Shown in pieces: positions 13,160 through 25,900 of a DNA stretch of 64,000 nucleotides (positions are counted from its first letter, which is position 1; every line of letters begins with the position of its first letter). This stretch comes from Klebsormidium nitens (Eukaryota; Plantae; Klebsormidiophyceae): contig DF237012.1 of assembly GCA_000708835.1 (NCBI GenBank), positions 62,001 to 126,000 of the forward strand, given 5' to 3'. The position numbers and the translations under genes are program-made. Under the pieces are notes generated by a model. The model saw only the letters and a program-made list of their open reading frames with translations. It was not told the origin of the DNA and searched no databases.

Positions 13160-13931
13160 GGTTCTTCGTTTGCATCCCTGCGCGTCCTACACCTCGCGCG
13201 TCCTACACCTCGTCATACACGATTTTACCTGGACCCGTCCCGGTTGCCATACCGCCAGCTGTCCCTTGCGCAAAACCGGCCCTGTGACACCTCCAAGCAT
13301 ACCAAGTCCTAGGCCCAAGGACCACCAGGCTACAGTTCCAGCAAACTTTTGCTACCCGAAATGAAAGAATCGGTGAGAGAAACCTTCGAAGCTTCATAAT
13401 GCCAGCACTCATCAACCTCAAAGCCGCCTTCTTTTGTGCTCAAATTTGCACGCATTTTTTTCACAGGAACTTTTGAACCAGGAAAGCGCGAAAGCGGTGC
13501 CTCGAAGAGGAATGTGAGAGGTGCGATCCCGTCGCGACCCGCGTCCTCTGCGGGTCCATGCGTGCCAAGGAAAGGCTATCATGAGCAATCTGCATGATGT
13601 TCTGGAGCATTTCCAATCGAGCATTGCGCGCCAAATTTGCCCATGGGCGCACATGTCATTATAATGTGTGACACTGACAGTCTGAGTGAGGGGGCGGCTC
13701 AGCTTTGGCGAAAGGACTTCATGACCTAGATCTGCTGATTCTCATAAGGGTCATGCGTCTTGAACCTTTTTAGGGTTTTGAGCTTTGCCTCCTCCTGTTC
13801 CTGCGGGCGGAGTGAAGGCACACCTGTACAACACGGAGAGTTGCAAGCAGTATCAGCTGGTCCCTGATTTGCGGAGGATGTTGGAAGTGAAGGGTAGAGC
13901 AACAATGTGAGGGCGAGAGAGGGAGGGCAGA
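13160..13931. promoter_or_regulatory. Putative bidirectional promoter/5' UTR region with two E2F-consensus sites and a telo-box
   Basis: Divergent ATGs at 13159 (minus) and 13932 (plus). GCGCGAAA at 13486-13493 and GCGCCAAA at 13628-13635 are reverse complements of TTTSSCGC. TTTTTAGGGTTTT (telo-box AAACCCTAA on minus) lies at ~13767-13779. Confidence 0.45.
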
Positions 13932-16900
13932 ATGCAGCCGACGGGCGTGGCCCTGGTCGGGCGGACCGTCGAGCAGCGCTCAAAGGAAGGCTCCACGCTC
14001 CAGGCTGGCCGTGTCGTTTCATTCAACCGGGCCAGGGGCAAGTACAAGGTGCGCTGGGAAGACAAGACAGAGGACAACTTTGCAGAGGATGAGCTTGCTT
14101 CAATCCTTGTAAACTGGCAGGAGGATCCATATAAGCCGGCTGATGGCGGTCCTAGAAGGAGGGGCAGACCTCGAAAGGCTGACGTTGTGTCACCGGAGGA
14201 GCCCCCGGAGCAACTAGTGGGGGGGCAAATTGAAGAAGCAGACGGCAAACCTGAGGGTTTAGGGCCGACATTGCTGAAGAGGGGGAGGCCAAAGGGGACT
14301 GGCAAGCTCCAGCGTCGGGCGGGGCCGTCAAAAACCCCCTCCACGGCACTAGAGCAGAGCGCCGGCGGCGGCGGTTCAGCGACTGGTCGAGTCGTGGTTG
14401 CAAGTTCAGAGGTGGGGCCAGACAAAAAAGGTGAAAGTGCAAGAAAGGACGGGGTCGAGGAGTCTGGCAAAATGACGTCAGTGTCTCCTGATCCTCACTT
14501 GAGAAGGTTGAGAGAAAGACCGGCGCGTGGCGCATTGGGGGTTGTTAGCCCCCCCCGAAAGGTCGCGATCTTGAGTCAGGGGCGAAGGGTGATCGAAGTT
14601 GATTCTGGCGGGGGGGAGGAAGAGTCGCCGGTGGGGAAGGGGAGGCGGCGTGTGCAGACAAACTACAAGTCGGGTGAGTGGCATCAAACAAGGTCTTACA
14701 CGGTCACAGAAGATTGTCATTGTTGTATGTTTACACCGATCGACTGTTGCTCCCCTGTTTCTTTCGCAAGCTTTGGGTTTCAGCTATTGTTGTTGTCTAA
14801 CGAGAAAAAGCTTAAGCATTTCTGTAGATGGAATTTGTTTGCAAGATCTAGAAGTAGGCAAGCCCTGGGAGAAGATTCTGGGGGCAAGTATTTTCGGCCA
14901 ACATAACGCACCTTTTTTCAGAGTGTGCAAAGCTCATATACCCCTGCTGCGTCGAAACGATACACCTGCAGCCAGCTACAAATTTGTGGCATCCGTCTAA
15001 CTTGATTTCGATAGTGTGTGCCCCAAACTGGCTCAAGTTGACCTACATAATCTAGAAATTGCAGGAGCAGTCTCACTTAGAGCACACATCAACGCATCAA
15101 ACCGCTTCCTTGACCACAGATGCGACACCCTCTCATACGTCGCGCGATAAGATCTTCCAAGAAATGAAGCGGCTTCGTAGGCCCTTCACTAACCCTTAAC
15201 TTATCGCAACAAGCTCTCATTAAATTTCAAGCATCAGGATGACTTTGACGTGCCCGAGCCCGTTGTTCTCCACTGACTGTCACGATCATCAACAACAAGA
15301 AAGGTTCATCCTTACTGCAGACAACGAAGACGAGGCAGCACCCCAGACCACTCCAGCCAAACGGTTCCCCACCCCAGCAAAGCACAAAGGCGGCCTCCTC
15401 GCCCTCCCGGCTTTCTCCTCACCCCCATCAAAAGCCACCGCCGCAAAGTCCTCCCCTGCTGACGTCACTCCACAAGTCACCATCCCTGCTGACCTTACCC
15501 CTGGCGCCACTACTCCCGCTGATGTCACCGTTGACACCATAACCCCTGCTGACATCGCTGCTGACGTCACTACTCCCGGCGCGGCCTCCCGCTTTCTCGC
15601 CAGCCGCGCCCGGTCCAAGCTGGCCCGCAGGGACGCCCGGCCCCTCCCGAAACCTCTCGCCCCTAGTTTCCCTGTTTCGGGGCCCGCCGCCCTGGACCTC
15701 CTCAGCACGTACGCCTTCCTCCGGAGCTTCAGCCAGGCGTTGTACCTGAGCCCGTTCACACTGGACGACTTCCTGGCGGCGCTGGGGTGTGAACGGGCGA
15801 ATTCGCTACTGGACGCGGTGCACCTGGTTCTGATGGGGGCGCTGCGGCCGCGCGTCGAGGAGTTACTGGCGAAGCAGGGGCCCTGGGAAGTCATGTTTCT
15901 GGGGTACGTAGTCCTGATTTGTTGGTTTGATGGCATTACAAGCTCCCCCGAGGCGTTGCCTTCATGGCAGAGCCTTTCATCGCAGAGGCATTTGTCCTTC
16001 GTCAGCCTTGCTGGAAGGGCCAGTTTTCAGTAGAAGAGGATAGACCACTTCGGGCAAACTTGTAAGAGCCCACGTGCAGGCTCGCCTGATGGCCTTTCGC
16101 ACCATCTTGAAAAGGATCTGACACACATAAGGCTCTGGAATCGGCACTGAAACTTCTGCGGGACTTACTCAATTTCTTTTCGTCACAATTTCCGGTTCGA
16201 AGCTTCTTACAGATCTGAAAGCGTCGAAAGTTCCTCGTGAGAGCATGCTTTCCAAACTGAATATCCGAGCGAAAGCCGAGGGTAAGATACTGACGCTTTT
16301 TAGAACATTTTGAACGTTTACATCTTTTGGCCTTGTACAGACGGGTCGACTGGGAGCATCTGGACGAGATCACGTGGCCCGAGTTCGTCCTCGCCTACCT
16401 CGCCGCGGCGGGTTTCTTTTCGTCCGCCCTCCACAAGAAAAGCTTTTCTCAAACCCTCTCCCGCCGCGAGTACTACGCGCTGCCTCCTGAAGCGAAACTC
16501 GAGGCGCTCTCCTTCCTCTGCGACGAGGCCCTGAACTCGGCGCGCATCCGCAAGGCCATCGCCGAGCGGGAGGGTCGCCAGAACGACGTCACCTTCAGGG
16601 TGACGTCAGCGACGCCAACAAGTTCAGGGGCGAAAGCGACCTCCCCCACGATAGAGAATGGTGTCACGGACAGCGGTAAGAAGGTGGCGGAGCCACGTGG
16701 CGCGAAAGGGTCAGGCGAGGACCCGGGAATGAAAACCCTTAAGGCGTCACCCGCAACCAGCTTGCGGCCTGCTAGAACGACCGGGCCCTTGACGAGGTTC
16801 GCGGGAAAAACCGGGGCGGGGGACGGAACGGCGGCACTGGGGGCCAGCCCGAACCAAGGTGAAGCGGCAGTGGTAACGTCTGGAGGGGCTGCTACTGTAC

Positions 16901-19900
16901 TAGCTGCCAAGCCGAGCGTCGAGTCTGCGGGACTCGAAGGTGGCTCTGAGGGGCCGGAGGAGGCGAGACGCGCCGGGGGCGTTGCGGACCCAGTTGCAGC
17001 GGAGAAGTCCAAAAGCGGGGAACAAAATGAAACGGCCAGAGACGTGGGAAACGGGGTAGCAGCGAACGGCGTTGAAAAGCTGAGGGACAGAACAAATGAG
17101 GACGGAGGAGCAGTCGCTTCTGGAGAAGGGCCGTCGGTGGATGGGGGGGCGGTTAGCAAGCCGGGCGGTGATGGCACTGCTGACGTGGCAGCTGGCTCGA
17201 CAAAGGGGGCGGATCCGAACGAAGCCCCCGAGAAAGAAAGTGCTTCAAAGGGGCCTATTGCTGTCGCAACGAACGGGGGTTTGGGTCAAGCGACGGCCAA
17301 AGCAGGCTTGCAAACCCACGGGCACGTGATTACATCTGCCGCTCTCCCCTCGACCGGCCAGCTGCTCCTAACCCCCCTGCCCAAGCCGCCGGCTGCCGAC
17401 GGCGCCCTTTCCAAACCAGCTCTTTCGACCCCAACGACATTCTCCTTCCTCAAACCCTCCCCAATCCCCGCAGTCACGCTCAAACCCCAAACCCCCGCAA
17501 ACCCTGCTCGAACCCTCCCAAACCCGTCCCAAACCCTGCCCAAACCCCAAACGCAACCCAAACCCCGAGAAGACGACTCTGACGACGCAAACCTGGACGA
17601 GTGCGTGCTCTGCGGGATGGAAGGGAATCTTTTGTGCTGCGACGGCTGCCCTGCGGCGTACCACGCCCGGTGTATCGGGCTGGGGAAAGCGCAGCTCGCG
17701 GAGGGCGAGTGGTTTTGCCCCGAGTGCCGGGTGACAGGTGTCAACCGCAGGGAGCCTGCGCTGCTCGGGGTGCGCGTTGAGCCCCTCGGGACGGACCCCC
17801 AGGGGCGGGCGTACTGGTTCGCGTTCGGAAGCGTGCTGATGTGAGTGATGACAAAAGTAGTTTGCTTTTTCTTTCTTTTGCCCCATCGATAGCTTGGAGA
17901 TTGCCAGGATAAGGAACCCAAAGAGATCAGCGAACAATCAAACGATTCGAGGGACACAAAAAGTCGTTCGTTCGTTCGTTTTCGAATGGTGGACTGGTTA
18001 CAATGTTTGAAGTTGGAATTCCGTTCACGTCATTCACCGTTCGAATGAAATAAAGGTAGCCTCTGTCCTGATTTGCCAGCTTTGGAGATGAGCTGTGTTT
18101 ACAACGGCGTCAAATCTCGTGGGACCAGCTTCTAGGCTGTGTAAGAGTTGCACTTCGCATTCTTGCATGCACCAGTCCGCGCTTCCGCAAAGATATCTCA
18201 TCGACAACGGGAAGCGCTTTCCACCACCTTCCACTTCGCCGATCAATTGCCGCACGTATTGATGCGGTTGTTTCTGCTGATTGTCTTCGCAATACCATGA
18301 GGTTCTTCAATACTCCAGTGCCGCCAGTCCCTTGACCGTCACCTATCCCCCTGAATCTCAATCCAGATTTCTCTTTCCCAGTTTGGACGTCACTCCCGAC
18401 GGCCCCGCCGTCATCCCCCACCACTACGGCTCGGCCGACCTGCACCTAATCGCATCTTTTCTAAGCGAGGGAGGGCGCGCATATTCTCGGTTACACAGCG
18501 CCCTGCTCGCGCGCGTCCAAGAAGCGGGCCTCGAGGCCCTGCTGGAGCCCCCACCGCCGCCCCAGGCAGAGACGGCGCCCCTTGCGGGGGTTGCGGCGAA
18601 GGCTGACAAGGCCTCGCCGCTGCCGGAAGCGATTCCTGCAACGAAGAAAGACAGCGGGGATGCGAAGATGGTCGAGCAAGGGGCGGCTGCGCGGGCAGAA
18701 ACGACTCCCGTAACTTCGTCAGGGATCGAAGATACAGCTGACGTTGCCATGACGTCAGCAGAGGCGCAGGCTGGGGTGGGGACCGGGCCAGAGGCCAAGC
18801 CGGTCCCGAAACCCGCTCAGAATCCGTCGATTATTGCTGCAAGCCCGAGCCCGCAGTCACTCGCTGCTCCCGTTCTTGGAAACCTTCCAGCAAACCCTCT
18901 TGCAAACCCCTCCGTAAACCCTCCTGCGGACCCTCCTGTGAAGGCAATTGCAGCCCCTGGCGTGAGCCCTCCTAGGGACCCTGCCACAAACCCTGCGGTA
19001 AAGCCTCCGCCGAACCCTTCCGCAAACCCTCCGGCAAACCCTTCCGCAAACCCTCCGGCAAACCCTCCTGCAAACCTTCAGGCAAACTCTTTTGCGAACC
19101 CTCCTGCAAAACCTCCGCCGAACCCTCCTGCCAACCCGTTCACAGAGCCGGTACTCGAACCTGGTCCCAGCAGCCAGTCGAATTCCCTCTCCAAGCCGAT
19201 TGCTGGTGCAAACGGCACAGACGTGGCACTATTTCCCGCGGAAACGCAAGAAGGCGGTGCATCGGAGGGACTGTCTGTAAAGGCGTCCAATAGTGCTGTC
19301 GACGAAAGGGGCGTCGGGAAGCCGGGTCCAGCGGAAGGGAGTGGTGCTGTACCCATCGCTGCGGCTTCAGAGGCGGGGCAAGGAGCGGGAAATGGGCGGA
19401 AAAAGGCCCCGGATCCGGTGCCTGGTGGAGTTCTGGACGTACGAACCCCGTCCGAGAATGAGAGTGGACCGAAAAGCAGTCCGGCGGCTCTGGGGTCACC
19501 GAGCGTAAGTGACGGTCTGCAGGGGCGAGAGGACGGCAAAGCTGAAGCAGGGGGGAGCCATGGGGAGCAAGCGGCCAAAGAGCGCCCTGATATAGCGATT
19601 GGCTCTGAAGAGAAGGCCGAGAACGGTTATGGCGTACTTTCGGCATCAGCAAATGCAGTTTCGGTAACGTCCCCGGTGATTGGAGCGGGAGGGGGGGCAA
19701 TAGAAGGAGAGCCGGCAGCCAAAGGGTCCGCGGCGCGGATTGAGGCTTTCAAGGAGGGTGAAGGGCCGAGTGGCGTTGTCCAGAGGGGAGGGTCTGAGGG
19801 TGTGGCCAGAACGTCGGAGGCAGCGGAGAGCGACGTGGCAGCCGGGAAGGGAGAGGATACTCCGGTGAAAAGCGCCAAAGGGCCCGGGGCAGCGGAATCC

Positions 19901-22900
19901 GCAGGTGCGCCTGCAGGTGAAGTGTCCCAGGCCCAAGGTCTACCGGCATCGAGCACCCAGGTCCCGCGGCCCCCCGCGGACGGGCGAGGAGGCCTTTCGG
20001 AAGTCCCCGCCAGCAAGCCTCTTCCGTCGGACAAAGCCATTGACGCAGCAGTCCAGGGGGGCCGCCGCTAGCGGAGGTTGGGGCGGAGAAGCCGGAAGAG
20101 GGGTCTGTGGCTGAGGTGGCGGCCGCTCCTGAACAGCCGGGGGAACAGAATGGCCTGCTTGGCGGTTCCCCCGGGGGGGGGGCAGGGCAGCTTCTAACCA
20201 GGTTGCGGCTGAAGGGTTAGGGCTGGCGGGTTCCGGAGAGGGGCCTGCGGTTCCTAACCAGTTCGCAACAAGGGGTTCGGAAAGGTTGGAAGTGGCAAAA
20301 AACGGAGGTGGGTCTGCGGTAACCCAATTGGCAGCAGGGGATTTGGCGGGCTTAGGGCTGGCCGGGTTAGGGCTGACAGGCCCTGGAAACGGCTCTGTGG
20401 GTCCCAGAGGTTTGGAGGGGTTTGCACCGGCGGGGGCATTGGAGACTGAGCCGTTAACGTGTGATGAGCCCCCCCTGTTCGAGTTCGATAACATCGAAGA
20501 TCTGGTCGAGAAGCTGGCTCGGGAACAAGGATACCTGGTGGATACAGGGCCCGCGGATTTGCCCCCCGCTGTGGCTGGCGCGGGAGGCCCTGTACGGACG
20601 GACGCCGCAAACGGGCCGGCTAGGCAGGAGGCATCGGATCGGGCGCCTCAACAGATCGGAATCGAGTCGATAGCGCCGACTGGAGGCCTTGTTGGGGTCA
20701 GCAATGGGGCGCCGGCCTTTGCTCCGCTGTCCGCGGGTGGAGTGGCAAGGCCGGAGCAAGGCCCTAGCAAGCGGCAGAAGCTCGACGATCCTCTTCCGGT
20801 CGGGGCCGGTGTGCCCGGGCTGCAAAAGCCTCCCTCGCTACCTGCCACCACGCTTGCCCCTCCACATTCCCAACCCTTTATCCCCCAAAACAACACCCTC
20901 CGACCAGCATTGCAGTCTCAGCAACACCAAATCCCCCCGCAAAACCCTATGTCGGCACCCGCTCCGGCTCAGGGGGTTCCTTTCGCTAGCCCCAACCACC
21001 CCCCGGCGCCGCAAACTCTCTCCGTCCGGTCCCCCGTTCCGGGCCAACAACTAGGAGCGGGCAACAACTCTATTTCCAGCCAGCCCGTGCTGACGTCAGC
21101 AGGGCACGCCCCTGCCCCGAGGCCCCCGCCTCCAAAGCTCAGGTGGCCATTCGATGACGTCAGTCACCCCCCAGCCAGGCCGACGCCCCCTCCCGGCACG
21201 CCACAGACTCCCGCCATAGCAAAAGGCCCTGTCAGCACCCCAGCTCAACGACCTCCGACTGGAACGCCCCCGTCGGGAACGTCAACGGCGGTCCAAACGG
21301 GGCCCGTCTCCAAAGGCCTTGTTTTGACGAAGGGGAGGCAGGCTCAGCTTGCAAAGGCGGGTACGAGCGGCTCGGTGGCGGCGACTACGGGGCCTTCTAG
21401 TGCATCGATAATCATCAAAAGGCCGCTGAAGCCGTTTGAGAGGTACGAGAATCGGTATGCGGACGGGGCGGTTGCAGCAGAGGCGGCGGCGAGACTGACG
21501 GCGGGGGAGAAGGAGTCCGCTTCCCAGGCTTCGAGTAAGCACTCTTCTCTTACTCAAGTATCTGCCAATTCAAAGATTGCCTTTTTTTTGCTGAGAGACC
21601 ATCCGCGATAGCGTTTGGCAGGACGTGTCGCCAGAAGGTGTCTCTGACAAAACATTTCTGCTCTGACTGGTCGCGTCAGATGTCCGATCGGCGAGCGCTT
21701 CTTGCGATCTGACACGACTATTCGAGCTCGAATCTGATTGGATTGAAACCAAGCCTTGAGTTCTAAGTTGCATCTAAGTCGCCGTCTAACCAAGAATTTG
21801 GTTCTCTTATGGGTCTTTTAACTGAGAACCACGAACAGCCGCATCAACTTCAAGACTCAAGGACCTGAAAGTTTAGAGCTTTCCTTCGCCAGCATACCTG
21901 CGGAAGCATCATCGTCGCTCCCCTCTCTGCTGTGCAGCCAAAGAGAGCGCAGAGAACGAGGCCTCTTCAACATCGTGTTTTCGACCACGGAACAGCTATT
22001 GATCATCTTTGAGGTATAAAAATCAACCATTGAGTTTCGGGACTAAGCGGGCCCCTCGTCCACTTTCGCAACTAAGAAGAAGGGCGCAGGCTTCTGCCGA
22101 TCGGAGCAAAGTGTCCTGCAACACGTGCCTTCCCGCAAACCATCAGAGCGAAGACTTTGTAGATTCTACTATCCTCTGGGTCTTGTTGCAGCCAAAAAGA
22201 AGTGCGCCAAAGCCGCGGCGGAGCAGTGCAAAGTATCCCGCGAGACGTAGGTCCTTACTAACCCTCAAAATGGAAGTGAAGAAGTTTGCTTAAACACAAT
22301 TCAACCCATTTTTCGGTCTGCTGTGCAGCCAAGAAGAAGGGCGCCAAGGCTGCGGCAGAACAGAGCAAAGTGTTCCGGGAGGTGCTGAAGCGCTTTCACT
22401 GGCGCGGCCGCCCCTTCGGCCAGGATCGTTGCGGGTGGTGCCATAACTGCCTCACTACAGCGCAGCGCAAGGGCTGCCTCATGACGCTGACGGGGGAGAA
22501 GGTTGCGCGCGGGGCGCCGCTCCTGCAAGGTACGACAGCGAAAGATTCTTGGTGTTTTGAAGAGAATTGTTTTTCTTTCTGGCAAGCTTGCAATATCTTG
22601 TGCAGTGGGCAGTAGCAATGACAAACAAAGACGACGGGTGGATTGTTGTGTTTAATCTATCAGAGTGATAAGGTCGTGGGCCCATGCGAGAGTTTGACGT
22701 TTTTACATTGAACCTTTTGAAGTGGGACACGCTTTGGTCATCCGGACTGGCCAGACGAGCAACGTTCTTTTCGTGGATCAAAATGAGTTCGGGCATCCGA
22801 TTTGCTCCGGCTTTATTTTCCGAGTTTACCTTTGCCTGTATGGGTCCATCTTCCTTTCGAGCTCCTGTGGTGGTCAGGTTTCGCACGTCTTTGTCTGCTC

Positions 22901-25900
22901 GTATGGCTCTGCCAAATCAGCAAACAGTCCAGGCTTGTTCAACAGAAATGAAACATAGAAAAGATTTACAAGAAGCAACTCCCTGGGAGCACGGGTTCCG
23001 AATTCCTTCGACAATCTCAAAAACCTCTACAAAACCGGGAGGTATTGTTGACCATTCAGAAGTCTTTGCAGGCCCAGCCCGGCCGGGCGTTTCCCCGCAC
23101 CTCGCCCGCGTCATCAACTACGTCCTCCACATGGAGCGGACGGTCCGCGGCCTTCTGGGCGGGCCCTGGGACGGCCTCCGCTTTTCGGACAAGTGGCGGG
23201 CGTCCGTGGAAGGTTCACGGACTGTACGAGATCTGAAGCAACCGCTCATGGAGGTACGGTGTTACACTGGACGGGTCAACATTGCTACAAAATTCCCTTC
23301 GTATGTTTCTTTACGCCTAATAGGTGTTTATTCTACTATCTGAGAGTTCCTCATTTCGCTCTGCCTCTCAGCCGCAACTACAACGCTGTCAAACTGACAG
23401 CTCTGCGAACGTCCTATCGTGACGAAGTGAGAGTCACTTTTCATTCAATGTCAGTTCTTAACGCCGACGAATGTCTCTTGACGACCTCGACTTTGCACGG
23501 CGTTGTCCACAGGCGCAAAAAAATTGGCATCTTGCCAATGGATAGGATGCGCACGTCCGAGCTCCCTTTGGTGAAACTTCCCTACAGTGGTTTTCGATCC
23601 GGAAACTACACTCTCAAATTACTCTTACCAGCCCTTAACCACTCTGCAGTTGGAGCGCTCCCTCCGCCCGATTGCCCGCACCACTGATTGGCGACACGAG
23701 CTGGAGCTCGGCCCCCAACCGGTCGCCCACCACTCCGCCCAAAACCTCAAAACCCTACCCTCTTCGGACGCGTCATCCGCCGTCCAAAACCTGTCCAAAT
23801 CTTCCAAACCACGCCGCAAGGGCCAGAGCGCAACCCGCATCGATTCGGGGGGGTTCCGGAGAGAGGGCGTTCAGTGGTACCGGGGGGGGTGGCTGGTGAA
23901 AAGGGTGGCGGACTGGGAGAGACTGCCCCGGGGGGTACTCCGCAGGGCTGCAAAGAGGGGGGGTTTTGTGAAAATGGAGGGGCTGACGTATGCGGAAGAG
24001 GAGGCGCTGCCGCAGCGGACGGTGGCGGCAGCGTGGAGAACTAGAGTGGGGGATGCGAGGACTTTGGCCGACCTGGCGCTGCAGGTGGGTTCGTAATGCA
24101 CATGTGTCAGATTTGGGTTTAATCTGCTCCACTTGGTGCGCAGTCGAACGGTCCAAAGATGCGTTTCGGGAAACAACGGTCAGATAGCGTAAATATTGGA
24201 ATGGAGGTTTGCGCCACGCTATCAAGCTGACGCAAGTTGCGTAAAGGAACTGATCAGACGGGCCCTTCGGTGATTTGGACATGTTTCTAGCAAAAGCTTT
24301 GAATGCTTGTCCGGTTGAGAGTTTCAGCGGCTTGGGCGCAGGTGAATGAAAAGGGGATTTACACATGAGTAGCTGACGGTCCCAGGGTTCTGAGAGTAAC
24401 ATTCGCAGGCAGCTGGTGGATTTGCCTCTTGTCCTAATAGTACGCTTCTTGTGGTTGGCCGAAAGAAGCGCAAGGGCTCTAAGGTTCTTAGGGGTCTTCC
24501 ACTTGCAGAGGTGCGTAGAAGCGAAGGCAGAGCGCGTGTCAACAGCAGCCAGTAACAGGGCACCGTTGCAAGCCTTCTCCAGATTTTATTTGTAAAGTGA
24601 TATTTTTGCACAACTCTCACTCGAAGATGTGGTTTCGTTTCTTGATGTGACAGGTTCGAGAGCTCGACGAGACGATCAAATGGGCCGACCTCAAACGGCC
24701 CGTCCAAGGCCCCGGCTCCAGCGCGATTCCGGACGCTGGCACCGTCCTAGCCGTCACGGACAAGCGTACGGACGGCTGCGGGGCGGTTGAGTACCTGGTG
24801 CGAATAGCCACCGGGGTGGACCGGTCTGTCAGCGAGCCGACTGCCCAGGGGCCGATTCACACCGACGGCAAGAAGGGGAAGAAGCGGGCGGTGGATTTCA
24901 CGGCCAGCTGGCGGGCGGAGGCGGCGGTGCCGCTGTTTGCGGTCGAGCAGTATGAGGAGAAGGCGAGGCGGTGAGGTTCTGCGCTCTTTGTTGAGCCCGT
25001 TCTTTTATTATCGAAGAAACCGGTCACCAGACCTCCTCTTGCCGCTCCTGAAGCACAATTCGCCATAGTGCTACCGTCGAATATTTCTCAACGCAAAAGT
25101 ACTGACACCCGTGATTTGATTACCGAGGCAGTTTTCAATTGATAGAGATTGTTGTCTCGCATGATTGCTTCTCAAAGCACCTCCATAAAAGCTCGTTCAT
25201 TAGCTTATCCGTTTCGATCACCCTTTCACTGCTGGCCTGGTTGTTCGACAAATTGGAGCTTACTTTCTTAGTGGACAATCTGCAAAGTTCGACGACTCGA
25301 GGATTGTTCGTCCATCCATTCGTCCTGTTCTTTTGGTACTCAGCTTCCTGAGCCACAAACTGGAAAGCCCTTGCTTCCTTTCCAGGGACAAGGAACGTGC
25401 TGCGATGGCTCCTCCTCCAAAACCCCGCCCCACTCCCCCACTCAGCGCCCCCCCTCTTCGCCCCACTGGTCCCCGACACGGTTATCCTAACCAGTTTTAC
25501 AACCCGGTCGCCCCCCGGCCGAGTCCCCCGGTCACAACCTGGGTGCCCGCTCAACACGTGTACGTGCAAAGCCCACTGTTTGGTAACCCTAACCCCTGGC
25601 AGGGTGCCCCTAATCCCGCAACGTACCAAACCCCAGGGGCGTACCAGTGGGTGGCCCAGGACGGGAAAAGGCCAAAGCAGGCGGTCAAGAGGAAGGGTCA
25701 GCTTAACCCGGGCCAGCAACCGAGCTATCCCCAACCGCCCACCGATTTGATGCCGCCCCCGCAGCACTACACTGCCCAAAATTTAACCCCGGTATTGAAC
25801 CCCGGGCTTAACCAGGGCTTAACTCAATGCTTAACCCCACCCTTCCAAGCAGCGCCGGCGCCTGCGGGGCCGCTCGGGCAGTACTACTACCAGGGGGTTC

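Noticed and set aside
13203-13654. Small minus-strand ORFs upstream of the TOPBP1 ATG
   Set aside because: The BRCT0-like sequence starts cleanly at ATG 13159 and these ORFs show no recognisable motif; treated as 5' UTR/promoter, although an N-terminal extension cannot be fully excluded.
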